Made by a program: the position numbers and the translations under genes. Positions 1-7,779 of a stretch of DNA of 24,347 bases are shown piece by piece. Location of the stretch: NCBI GenBank assembly GCA_046758365.1, contig JBHIAC010000032.1, positions 1 to 24,347 on the forward strand, written 5' to 3'. The DNA comes from a bacterium (GTDB lineage Bacteria; Zhuqueibacterota; Zhuqueibacteria; Oceanimicrobiales; Oceanimicrobiaceae). The notes beneath the pieces were generated by a model. It had not been told where the DNA came from and ran no database searches. It saw nothing but the letters and a program-made list of their open reading frames with translations. How positions within the stretch are numbered: the stretch's first letter is position 1; every line of letters starts with the position of its first letter.

Positions 1-32
1 GTAATTAAGGCTACTTTATTTTTGAGTCTCAT
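1..32 (-). CDS. 5' end of a classical SDR-family oxidoreductase (partial, runs off the left edge)
   Basis: Reverse complement of 1-32 reads ATG AGA CTC AAA AAT AAA GTA GCC TTA ATT AC = MRLKNKVALIT, the typical SDR N-terminus before TGxxxGIG. It lies downstream of the 226-254 promoter. Only about 11 codons are visible; not in the ORF track. Confidence 0.7.
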   Translation of the reverse strand, partial: MRLKNKVALI

Positions 33-68
33 TTACATGCCCCACAAAATTGACTACTTTCTATATTT

Positions 69-194
69 GTGACTATTCAGGTGTCATTCCACCAGGAATC
101 TTCCCTCCTCAACCACAGAGGTTCCAGACTTGCAAATCTTTTAAAATTACTATGGAAGATGCCTACGGCATGACAGTATGGGCTAAATAGTCAC
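69..194. mobile_element. 126-bp MITE-like non-autonomous element with 12-bp terminal inverted repeats and 8-bp target-site duplication
   Basis: Left end GTGACTATTCAG (69-80) vs right end CTAAATAGTCAC (183-194): 11/12 inverted match. Flanked by the exact direct repeat CTATATTT (61-68 and 195-202). Nested internal IRs TGTCATTCC (82-90)/GGCATGACA (167-175) and AGGAATCTTCC (94-104)/GGAAGATGCCT (154-164). Confidence 0.8.
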
Positions 195-207
195 CTATAT
201 TTTCAAC

Positions 208-225
208 ATTTGAAATATTTCAAAT
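208..225. promoter_or_regulatory. Perfect 18-bp palindrome, candidate repressor operator
   Basis: ATTTGAAATATTTCAAAT is its own reverse complement. It directly abuts the -10 box (226-231) and covers the predicted start site near 219. Confidence 0.55.
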
Positions 226-254
226 ATTATAAACAAAAAGCATAATGATGTCAA
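226..254 (-). promoter_or_regulatory. Consensus sigma70 promoter driving the leftward SDR gene
   Basis: On the minus strand: TTGACA (254-249), 17-nt spacer, TATAAT (231-226); a perfect match to consensus. Confidence 0.8.
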
Positions 255-345
255 GCTTTTTTTGATAAATCTTTGTACCTTTGTAACAAATATAAAGAAT
301 AATCTTGGGGTGGAGTAGTGGCTTCTTTTTCGAACGACTGCACCA

Positions 346-729
346 TTATGTTTCCAGGTCGAAATTCGTTAATGTGTCCCGTACCAGCACCAGGATTGAT
401 GTTTGGGGAACGACAACATATTCTTTGCCCTCGAATTCGATCTCCACGGCAGCGCTGCTGAGAAAAATGGCATAATCGCCTATTTGAGCTTGTAAAGGAA
501 TGTATTTAAATTCTTTTTTGGGTGTAGTGGACCAGGGTTCATTGTCAGTGGCATTGGGGTCTGGCATTGCGTAACCTGGCCCCACCTTTACCACATAACC
601 GCCCCGGACTTTTTCTTTTTCCTTAACACCAGGAGGCAAATACAGGCCGAACTCCGTGCGATTTTGCCCTTTGTCAAGGGAGATGAGCACCCGGTCCCCT
701 ACTACGATAAGTTCTTTTTTCTTTTGCAT
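346..729 (-). CDS. Co-chaperonin GroES (Cpn10) family protein, extended type, no adjacent groEL
   Basis: GDRVLI...GLYLP...G.VVKVGPG...GD...EIEFEGKEYVVV...IL pattern of Cpn10. 127 aa, with an extra loop (YAMPDPNATDNEPWSTTPKKEFKY) relative to ~95-aa GroES. Confidence 0.85.
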   Translation of the reverse strand: MQKKKELIVVGDRVLISLDKGQNRTEFGLYLPPGVKEKEKVRGGYVVKVGPGYAMPDPNATDNEPWSTTPKKEFKYIPLQAQIGDYAIFLSSAAVEIEFEGKEYVVVPQTSILVLVRDTLTNFDLET

Positions 730-743
730 GACTGAGGCTAAAA

Positions 744-899
744 TTAAATTCCGATATAATAAGTAGAGTTTATTACTTCTTTAATATTAGCCAAAGCTTC
801 TTCAATGGTATCACCCTCGCTCATGCAACCCGGCAAAGATGGAAAAAAGACTGTAAAACCGCCGTCGTCACTTGGTTCCAAAACTACTTTTGATTTCAT
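744..899 (-). pseudogene. hicB: HicB-like antitoxin N-terminal domain, frameshifted/truncated (51 aa)
   Basis: Manual translation: MKSKVVLEPSDDGGFTVFFPSLPGCMSEGDTIEEALANIKEVINSTYYIGI*. GG.TV..PSLPGC.SEGDT.EEALANI.E is the HicB-like signature; the expected LYL continuation is in a shifted frame. No hicA is adjacent. Below the ORF-track size cutoff. Confidence 0.8.
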
Positions 900-913
900 A
901 GAATTGAAATTAA

Positions 914-1381
914 TTACCAATTTCCCCGCATCTTCTTCACCGCCTCCATAATAGCCTCAATTGGCTTAACCAACCCGGTGCAATAGCATAGATTTCCTGC
1001 AATGGCATCTCTTATTTCTTCTTCAGTAGGCTCTCGATTTTTGTCCAGCAAAGCTTTAGTCGACATAATCATTCCTGGGACGCAGTAGCCGCATTGGTCG
1101 GCAGTAAAGTCCACAAAAGCCTCGCGTAGCGGGTCGAGGTTTTCTAAAGTGCTGAGACTTTCATACGTTTCCACAGATTTACCGTCGGCTTGGGCGGCCA
1201 GCATGAGGCATGAATGCACGGCAAGACCATCTACAAGAACGGTGCAACTGCCACAATCACCTGTCTCACATCCATATTTCACGCTCCAGAAACCTTGTGA
1301 ACGCAGTAAGTCCATCAAAGTGCGATTGGGTGGAATGTTAAACGTTCTCTTTTTCTTATTAATGGTTATTCTGATGCGCAT
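914..1381 (-). CDS. 2x[2Fe-2S] small subunit of the xanthine dehydrogenase/aerobic CO dehydrogenase family (CoxS/CutS-like)
   Basis: Cys motifs GCETGDCGSC...HSC and QCGYC...NLCYCTG. Confidence 0.92.
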   Translation of the reverse strand: MRIRITINKKKRTFNIPPNRTLMDLLRSQGFWSVKYGCETGDCGSCTVLVDGLAVHSCLMLAAQADGKSVETYESLSTLENLDPLREAFVDFTADQCGYCVPGMIMSTKALLDKNREPTEEEIRDAIAGNLCYCTGLVKPIEAIMEAVKKMRGNW

Positions 1382-1390
1382 TCTTTATCC

Positions 1391-2248
1391 TTAAATGGCC
1401 TTCTCAGCGTATTCCAAACATTGATTTAACGCCCTTTTCACCACCACTCGAGCTATTTCTTTGCGAAATTCTGCACTGGCGAAGTTGTCAGAAATTGGAT
1501 CAAGTATCTCATAGGCTCTATCAGCGGCATGTTCAATTTTTGCTGGGGTTAGAGGATGCCCTTCCAAATCTGATTCAACCTCCTGCAGACGTTTCGGCAC
1601 CGGTTGTGTTCCAGTTATGGCAATTTTTGCTGATTTGCAGGTCCCTTTGTGCAGAGTAAGACGAGTACACGCGCAAATCAGAGGGTTTGTTGATGATTGA
1701 ATCGTCACAGGGATGATTGCAGCATAGGTTTGAGGTTCCATTTTTGGTATTAATATTTCAATGAGCAGGCCGCCTCCTAACCCTTTTTTGTTGAGAAATA
1801 TGTTCATAGCCAGTGCAAATTCTTCGCCTCCCGCAATCCGAACCTGGGCTTGTAATACCAGAAGGGCGCAGTATAAAACCGACAAGGGATTAGTACTCAC
1901 CAATTCCCCGCCAAGGGTGGAAACATTTCGAATCATTTTAGAATAGTGCGTTAGCTGGGCCGCATCTGATACAATGCCATTGGTTAAATTTTTCAACATG
2001 GAACTTTCAACCAATTTTTGCAAAGGCGTGGTCGCTCCGATTCGAATTATCCCCATATCTTCTTTGATGTAGTCGAGATTTAGTGATCGAATGTCAACCA
2101 ATTCTTGTACAGTTTCATTTTCGGAGAGCACTAATTTGGTACCGCCAGCGATTACCAAAATGGTACCAGAGTTTTTCTCAAGGAGAGCCAAAGCTTCCGA
2201 AATAGATTTGGGACGGTAGTAACTTTTGAGATTAGGTAGTACAAGCAT
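1391..2248 (-). CDS. FAD-binding medium subunit of the xanthine dehydrogenase/CO dehydrogenase family (CoxM/CutM-like)
   Basis: YYRPKSISEAL, IAGGT, IRIGATT, IRNVSTLGG and C-terminal PISD..ASAEFR motifs. ATG at 2248 preferred over the track's upstream start at 2278. Confidence 0.88.
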   Translation of the reverse strand: MLVLPNLKSYYRPKSISEALALLEKNSGTILVIAGGTKLVLSENETVQELVDIRSLNLDYIKEDMGIIRIGATTPLQKLVESSMLKNLTNGIVSDAAQLTHYSKMIRNVSTLGGELVSTNPLSVLYCALLVLQAQVRIAGGEEFALAMNIFLNKKGLGGGLLIEILIPKMEPQTYAAIIPVTIQSSTNPLICACTRLTLHKGTCKSAKIAITGTQPVPKRLQEVESDLEGHPLTPAKIEHAADRAYEILDPISDNFASAEFRKEIARVVVKRALNQCLEYAEKAI

Positions 2249-2366
2249 ATTTGATAATTGATTCGTTAAATTTAGCAATTAATTATCATTGCAAATGATT
2301 TTTATGGTATTGGAAAAAGAGAACAAAAAGATTCCAAAAAGTTCACGAGAAAGTGCTATATTAATT

Positions 2367-2395
2367 AATATAAAATAATTTGTTAAAGTTGTCAA
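2367..2395 (-). promoter_or_regulatory. sigma70-type promoter for the coxM-coxS-hicB-groES-like run
   Basis: Minus strand: TTGACA (2395-2390), 17 nt, TATATT (2372-2367). The region is very AT-rich, so a chance match is possible. Confidence 0.55.
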
Positions 2396-2901
2396 TACAA
2401 AAATTAATTTATAAGGAATTGACGTAATTAATCTTAATAAAAATGTTAGTTTATAAAAGTCTGCATATTATCGATTATGATCGTATTAGTAGATATAAAA
2501 ATTACTCTATAACAATTTGCTTTTAATTATGATTAAGCAGCGAATTACTTTTGAGAATTGTTAAGGTCTTTTATCTTTAAAAAGTGAATATATGATCACT
2601 AAGAATTATAAGTTAGAAAATTTTTAATTATCTTTCAGTTATAATAAAATATTGTTCTGCACATTTACTATGATGCGTGTAAATTCTAATATATATTATT
2701 TGAAAACAGAAATCTAAATAAAATTCATTTTTTGAATCATCTCGTATTTCATAAACTCTACAAGTTTGAAATTATTTCTTATTAAATTCACCTAAACAAT
2801 TACATGTGCTTGTATAAATAAATTAAATAAATTTATATAGTTATTCTCGTTTGAAGTAAATTTTTAAAATATTAAAAGAATAAAATTTGTGGGATTTCGA
2901 T

Positions 2902-3435
2902 ATGATTAACTCAAATTCTAATCATTACAGAATCACTAAAAGGTCTAAAATTTTTGTGATTTTGTTATTACCAGTTTTATTGATAGGCCAAGTTATTGGA
3001 CAAGAAAAGGAAAAATACATTCTAGGTGAAGACAGAAAACTAGAAATAGTTGTTCATATTATAGGAGAAGTAAGAAGACCAGGCGAGTACATAGTATTAG
3101 ACAATACAAATTTAATAGAACTGTTGTCCAAAGCAGGTGGGCCGACCGAATTTTCAAATCTTAGCTCCGTAACTATAACCCGAATAGATCATGAGTTGTT
3201 CACTAACAATCACAATGGTACTACACGTCTTAAAAAGGGAAATCGAAATATTAATTATAATATAAATGATTATTTAAAAAGTAAAAATGCTATACCTCCG
3301 CCTAAATTGAAACCTGGTGATATTGTTTTGATTCCTAGAAATAGCTGGCATAAATGGAGATATACATTTAGAATTATAAGAGATCTTTCTGTGATTGCGA
3401 GTGTCTATTTATTATACCTACGAGCCTCAAGGTAA
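2902..3435 (+). CDS. SLBB-domain polysaccharide export (OPX/Wza-like) protein, minimal form
   Basis: VHIIGEVRRPGEY...LIELLSKAGG and LKPGDIVLIP (SLBB/beta-grasp), an N-terminal hydrophobic signal and a C-terminal amphipathic/hydrophobic helix. Lies directly upstream of wzc. ATG at 2902 preferred over TTG at 2887. Confidence 0.8.
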   Translation: MINSNSNHYRITKRSKIFVILLLPVLLIGQVIGQEKEKYILGEDRKLEIVVHIIGEVRRPGEYIVLDNTNLIELLSKAGGPTEFSNLSSVTITRIDHELFTNNHNGTTRLKKGNRNINYNINDYLKSKNAIPPPKLKPGDIVLIPRNSWHKWRYTFRIIRDLSVIASVYLLYLRASR

Positions 3436-3477
3436 TTAGCTATATAGTCAAGGGTTATAAATTAAGGAGCGAATTTA

Positions 3478-5874
3478 ATGCAATCCAAAGATACCCAATA
3501 TCTTTTTACTCAATTTCATAATATATTAAAGAGGAGAAAGTGGCTTATCTTTCTTTGTGTTTTAGGGGTGTTAGCCCCTATTATACTGTACAACGAAACC
3601 TCCCCTAAAGTTTACCAAGCTAGTGTATCCATTATTTTTGAGCAAATGTCACATCCCCTAAGGAATGATGCTTTTGACCCTATGAGAAGGTTTTATAGAG
3701 AAACATATCTTTTAAATCGAATTGAAGAAATAAAAAGCCTTTCGTTGGCGGAAGAAATTGCTGCGGCTTTGCCATCAAATTTAGTTAACCGCTTTAATTT
3801 TCCAGAAGAGCTATCTTTGAATTTTGACAAGGTTAAATTCATAACCAAGAAAATTAAAAGCAGTATTTCTACTTCTTTAGTCAGAAAAACAGATGTTATA
3901 AAAATAAAAGTATTGACACATGATCCATTTCTAAGTATGAGTTTAGCCAATAAAGCTGCGGATGTGCTTCGAGAAAGAAATTTGAAACTTAAAAGAAATG
4001 AAGTAAGTGGATTGCGACAATTTATCGAAGAACAATTGAGTATTTTTCAAGAGAAACTAAGCCGTTCGGAAAAAAAATTAATGCAATTTAAGGAAAATCA
4101 CAGAATCACATCTCTAGAACGGGAGTCCGCGGAAATTTTGAGGCGAATTACAGATGCTGAGGTCAAATACAATCAAGTAAAAGCCCAGAGAAAATCTACC
4201 GAGGAGCGTTTAACTGTAATTTATAGCAAAATATCAGATAAGCGAAAAGAATTGGTACCTACAATTACAAATGTTAGGAGTCCTTGGCTACAAAAGTTGA
4301 AAGATAGGCTCATTGAGTTACAGGTACAGTATACGCAATTGCAAGTCCAGGATTATAAAACCGGCCATCCTAAAATGGTTCAATTGCAAGAAGAAATCAA
4401 GCAAACTAAAAAAAGCCTTACTGAGGAAGCTTTAAAACTAGCGAAGGGTGAGATTGTAGTCGATCCATTATCTCAAATACATACTTATTTAACTGAAACG
4501 CTTTCTTTAGAAATAGAATTGGAAACATTAAAGGCACAGGAAAAAGCCTTAAAAAAGGTTTTGAATGAGTATGAGAATAGTTTAAAATCTTTACCAGCCA
4601 AAGAACTTGAACTTGCGAATATTATGCGTGCCAAAAATGTCAGCGAGAAAATATACATGATGCTTATGGAAAAACATGAAGAAGCCAGGATTACAGAGGC
4701 AGAAAAGATGGCCAATTTAAGAATTATCGATATGGCTCAATTACCCAAATCTCCAATAAAACCACGTAAAAGGTACAATTTAGCTATCGGGATGTTGATG
4801 GGCTTATTCGTAGGCTTTGGGTTGGCTTTTTTACTTGAGTCCATTAATACACGCTTAAAAACCGTGGATGAAATTGAAAAATTGACCTCTTGGCCGGTCT
4901 TGTCTGTGATTCCAAATTTCGAATTCTCCAAGAACGGTAAATTTGATTTTTCCAAAATATCTCAGAATAATATACCCAAGGAATCCGAGGCGCGGCGAGG
5001 ATTGTTGTCTAGTTTTGAGCCCAATTCAATAGCAGCCGAAGCCTTTCGAGTTCTTCGTACAAATATGCAATTTCTGAATAGTCAAAGAAAAATCAAAACA
5101 GTATTAATAACCAGTATTAGTGCTCAAGAAGGTAAATCGACTACTTCGACAAATTTAGGAATAACATTAACAAATCTTGAACTAAGAGTTCTTTTAATAG
5201 ATGCAGACCTAAGAAGACCTACAATTCATAAATTGTTTGACCTTGCCAAAGAACCCGGTCTTAGCGATGTTTTAATTAGTCATCACACTATTGTAAATGA
5301 TTTAGTTGCTGAAGATCGAGAAAAAGAGTTTTATAATAAAGCAAGTGAATCCCCTATGTGGGCAACTATTCAAAAGTTGAAAAGTCATCAAAAAGAGGTG
5401 AAAACATTAGAACAAAACTTTCAGGAGTTCACATTAGAAAATTCTGGGAATAACAATAAAATAATTCAACCACAATCACAATATATAAATTTATTAAATA
5501 CCTCTCTTATTGAAACCATCCAGGCTACGAAGATCAAAAATTTGAAGGTGCTAACCAGTGGTAAATATCTCCTGAATCCAAGCGAAATTCTTTCCACCGT
5601 ATCCATGAAGTGTTTGCTTGATCAAGTAAGCAAGAAATTTGATTTAGTATTAATTGACAGTCCTCCTTTATTACTCGTTCCTGATTCAATGGTCTTGTCA
5701 TCCATTGTAGACGGAGTTTTAATTGTAATAGAAACTAATAAAAATGAGCAAGACATGGTGCTGAATGTTCAAAAGTTTCTTGAAAAAACTAACTCAAATG
5801 TAATAGGAGTAGTTCTAAATAGGGTTGATCCAAAAATGTTGTATAAAGATAAGGACTATTATTATTATGGATAA
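3478..5874 (+). CDS. wzc: Polysaccharide co-polymerase / BY-kinase (Wzc/GumC family)
   Basis: Two TM segments flank a coiled-coil periplasmic region. P..PIKP motif, EAFRVLRTN, Walker A QEGKST, A' IDADLRRP, B IDSPP, C-terminal Tyr cluster YKDKDYYYYG. RBS AGGAG. Confidence 0.95.
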   Translation: MQSKDTQYLFTQFHNILKRRKWLIFLCVLGVLAPIILYNETSPKVYQASVSIIFEQMSHPLRNDAFDPMRRFYRETYLLNRIEEIKSLSLAEEIAAALPSNLVNRFNFPEELSLNFDKVKFITKKIKSSISTSLVRKTDVIKIKVLTHDPFLSMSLANKAADVLRERNLKLKRNEVSGLRQFIEEQLSIFQEKLSRSEKKLMQFKENHRITSLERESAEILRRITDAEVKYNQVKAQRKSTEERLTVIYSKISDKRKELVPTITNVRSPWLQKLKDRLIELQVQYTQLQVQDYKTGHPKMVQLQEEIKQTKKSLTEEALKLAKGEIVVDPLSQIHTYLTETLSLEIELETLKAQEKALKKVLNEYENSLKSLPAKELELANIMRAKNVSEKIYMMLMEKHEEARITEAEKMANLRIIDMAQLPKSPIKPRKRYNLAIGMLMGLFVGFGLAFLLESINTRLKTVDEIEKLTSWPVLSVIPNFEFSKNGKFDFSKISQNNIPKESEARRGLLSSFEPNSIAAEAFRVLRTNMQFLNSQRKIKTVLITSISAQEGKSTTSTNLGITLTNLELRVLLIDADLRRPTIHKLFDLAKEPGLSDVLISHHTIVNDLVAEDREKEFYNKASESPMWATIQKLKSHQKEVKTLEQNFQEFTLENSGNNNKIIQPQSQYINLLNTSLIETIQATKIKNLKVLTSGKYLLNPSEILSTVSMKCLLDQVSKKFDLVLIDSPPLLLVPDSMVLSSIVDGVLIVIETNKNEQDMVLNVQKFLEKTNSNVIGVVLNRVDPKMLYKDKDYYYYG

Positions 5875-5934
5875 TAGAAAAGAAGGTTTTAGTTTTAAAC
5901 AAGGTTCCTCACGAATCATGGTAGTGGGTTAGAG

Positions 5935-7377
5935 ATGCAAAATCTGCGGCGCAAACTTCTTTTTGAACTTTATAAAATAATGGATTTGGGTATCTTGGTA
6001 TGCGCGTTAGCCTTGGTGTTGTTCTTTTTTTCAGATGCGCCTGAAGAACAGATGCGTAATCCATTAGCATTTTTTACAATTAAAGTAAAATTAATTAACC
6101 TAATTTTATTAGGCGTGTTTTTAGTTTTCTGGCCGGTAATTTTTTCTTCGTTCGGACTTTATCAGTCAAAGCGGTTAAGTAATTTTAAAGAAGAGTTTTT
6201 AAATATATGGAAAGCGGTTGGGGTTGGGACATTATTATTCGCTGCTATGAGTTTCATTTTCAATCGGCAATACATAACGCTACGTACGGTGATTGCTTTC
6301 TGGATGATATGTTCGATGGTGACTTTTATTGCTCGCTTCCTACTCAGAAAATTTCTCTTTCAAGTGCGAAAGCACGGGCGTAATCTACGCCACGTTGTTG
6401 TGATTGGGAATGGTAAACGGGGTCACATTCTGGCCTCGAAAATAATTGGCAGGAAAGAAGCTGGCTATAATTTGGTTGGTTTCGTAGACGATACTCCTGA
6501 CTTATATGATAAAAATCAAGCCTCGAAAATAGCTTGTAAATTGGAGGAATTTCCTGATTTTCTTGGAAATCACGTGGTGGATGAGGTCTTTATTACATTG
6601 CCCATGAAGTCATATTACAATAAGATTTCTGATATCATCCAGGCCTGTGAGCAGCAAGGTATCCCGGTACATATTCCTGTAAATTTTTTTAATATTAGGA
6701 AATCCAAAATTAAATCCGAGGAGTTAGACGGAACTACTTTTATTGTTCATTATACGGGTCAAGATATGAACCTAAGGAATATGTTTTTCAAAAGAGCAAC
6801 AGACATTTTAGCAGCCTCAATTCTAATCATCTTATTTTCCTCAATATTTTTAGTCATTGCGCTTTTAATCAAAGTCACCTCAAAAGGACCCATGTTTTTT
6901 ATTCAAGAAAGAGTAGGTTATAATAAGAGATTATTCAAGCTGTTGAAATTCCGTACCATGGTTAAAAATGCTGAAGCAATACAGTCTGAAATTGAGCCGC
7001 TGAATGAAATTGATGGCCCCATTTTTAAAATAAAAAATGATCCTCGAATAACGAAATTTGGCAAGTTTTTAAGAAAAACCAGTTTGGATGAGCTCCCTCA
7101 GCTTTTTAATGTCTTAAAAGGCGATATGAGTTTGGTGGGACCGAGGCCTTTGCCTCTTAGAGATGTAAAATTAATTGTTGCCCAATGGCCGAAACGCCGA
7201 TTCTGTGTGCGTCCCGGTATCACCGGCCTATGGCAGATCAATGGTCGTAGTGAGACTCAGTTTGATAAACTAATCAAGTACGACTTAGAATATATTGATA
7301 ACTGGTCGCCGTGGTTAGATGTGAAGATTCTGCTTAAAACTGTTCCTACCGTCATAGCGGGTATAGGAGCGATGTAA
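5935..7377 (+). CDS. Priming polyprenyl-phosphate hexose-1-phosphate transferase (WcaJ/WbaP/CpsE family)
   Basis: N-terminal TM helices, a Rossmann-like middle domain, and a catalytic domain with KFRTM, KNDPRIT, LRKTSLDELPQLFNVLKGDMSLVGPRP, RPGITGLWQ, DLEYI. Confidence 0.95.
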   Translation: MQNLRRKLLFELYKIMDLGILVCALALVLFFFSDAPEEQMRNPLAFFTIKVKLINLILLGVFLVFWPVIFSSFGLYQSKRLSNFKEEFLNIWKAVGVGTLLFAAMSFIFNRQYITLRTVIAFWMICSMVTFIARFLLRKFLFQVRKHGRNLRHVVVIGNGKRGHILASKIIGRKEAGYNLVGFVDDTPDLYDKNQASKIACKLEEFPDFLGNHVVDEVFITLPMKSYYNKISDIIQACEQQGIPVHIPVNFFNIRKSKIKSEELDGTTFIVHYTGQDMNLRNMFFKRATDILAASILIILFSSIFLVIALLIKVTSKGPMFFIQERVGYNKRLFKLLKFRTMVKNAEAIQSEIEPLNEIDGPIFKIKNDPRITKFGKFLRKTSLDELPQLFNVLKGDMSLVGPRPLPLRDVKLIVAQWPKRRFCVRPGITGLWQINGRSETQFDKLIKYDLEYIDNWSPWLDVKILLKTVPTVIAGIGAM

Positions 7378-7687
7378 ACTAGAGTTCCTTGAGAGTGAAA
7401 TCTTGCTTTTTCAGTAAAGATACTTGTAAGTAAGCTCTGATAGCCTATTAATTAAAATAACTCGATATAGGCATAATTGAGCCCTGGTGTTCGACTCTGG
7501 GAAGCCCTGGTTGTTGATTCGGGTTTTCTGAACTATATAAATAATAAAATATCTCACACGGATAACTCCTTTTAATAAAAATCTGTGTGAATCCTTGAGC
7601 CCTTGGTGGATTTTTGGGTTACATGTTTGAACCGGCAAGTACGGTGTGAGATTATTATGTCTTAATTTTAACTGAAATGTTATTTAA

Positions 7688-7735
7688 TCAGTCTGATGGA
7701 TATAATAGCCAATGGGACTGAGATAGCGGAGCTAT
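7688..7735 (+). promoter_or_regulatory. ops-like pause/loading site for the NusG paralog: hairpin followed by GCGGAGC
   Basis: Stem TCAGTC (7688-7693)/GACTGA (7716-7721) with inner TGG/CCA, followed by ATAGC-GGA-GCTAT containing GCG-G-AGC (7726-7732), 47 nt before the upxY ATG. Resembles the GCG..AGC core of RfaH ops and UpxY sites. Confidence 0.55.
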
Positions 7736-7779
7736 ATTTGATTCAATTAAGGACTTGCACAACTTTTAAAATTTAACAA

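Noticed and set aside
914..2248. Aerobic CO dehydrogenase call (coxMS)
   Set aside because: Substrate is determined by the large subunit, which is absent; only family-level assignment is supportable.
2400..2900. Plus-strand promoter or invertible promoter for the polysaccharide locus
   Set aside because: The region is extremely AT-rich; I found no well-spaced -35/-10 pair or convincing inverted-repeat pair by eye.
5278..5517. Intein in Wzc
   Set aside because: No His-Asn followed by Cys/Ser/Thr splice junction, and the insert is too short for a typical mini-intein.
7480..7607. CRISPR array (three short repeats)
   Set aside because: The repeats are only 9-10 nt, irregularly spaced, and there are no cas genes.
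7411..7638. 75-aa minus-strand ORF in the spacer before upxY
   Set aside because: Non-ATG start, no clear RBS, no family motif, and antisense to the operon; the region is better explained as a regulatory leader.
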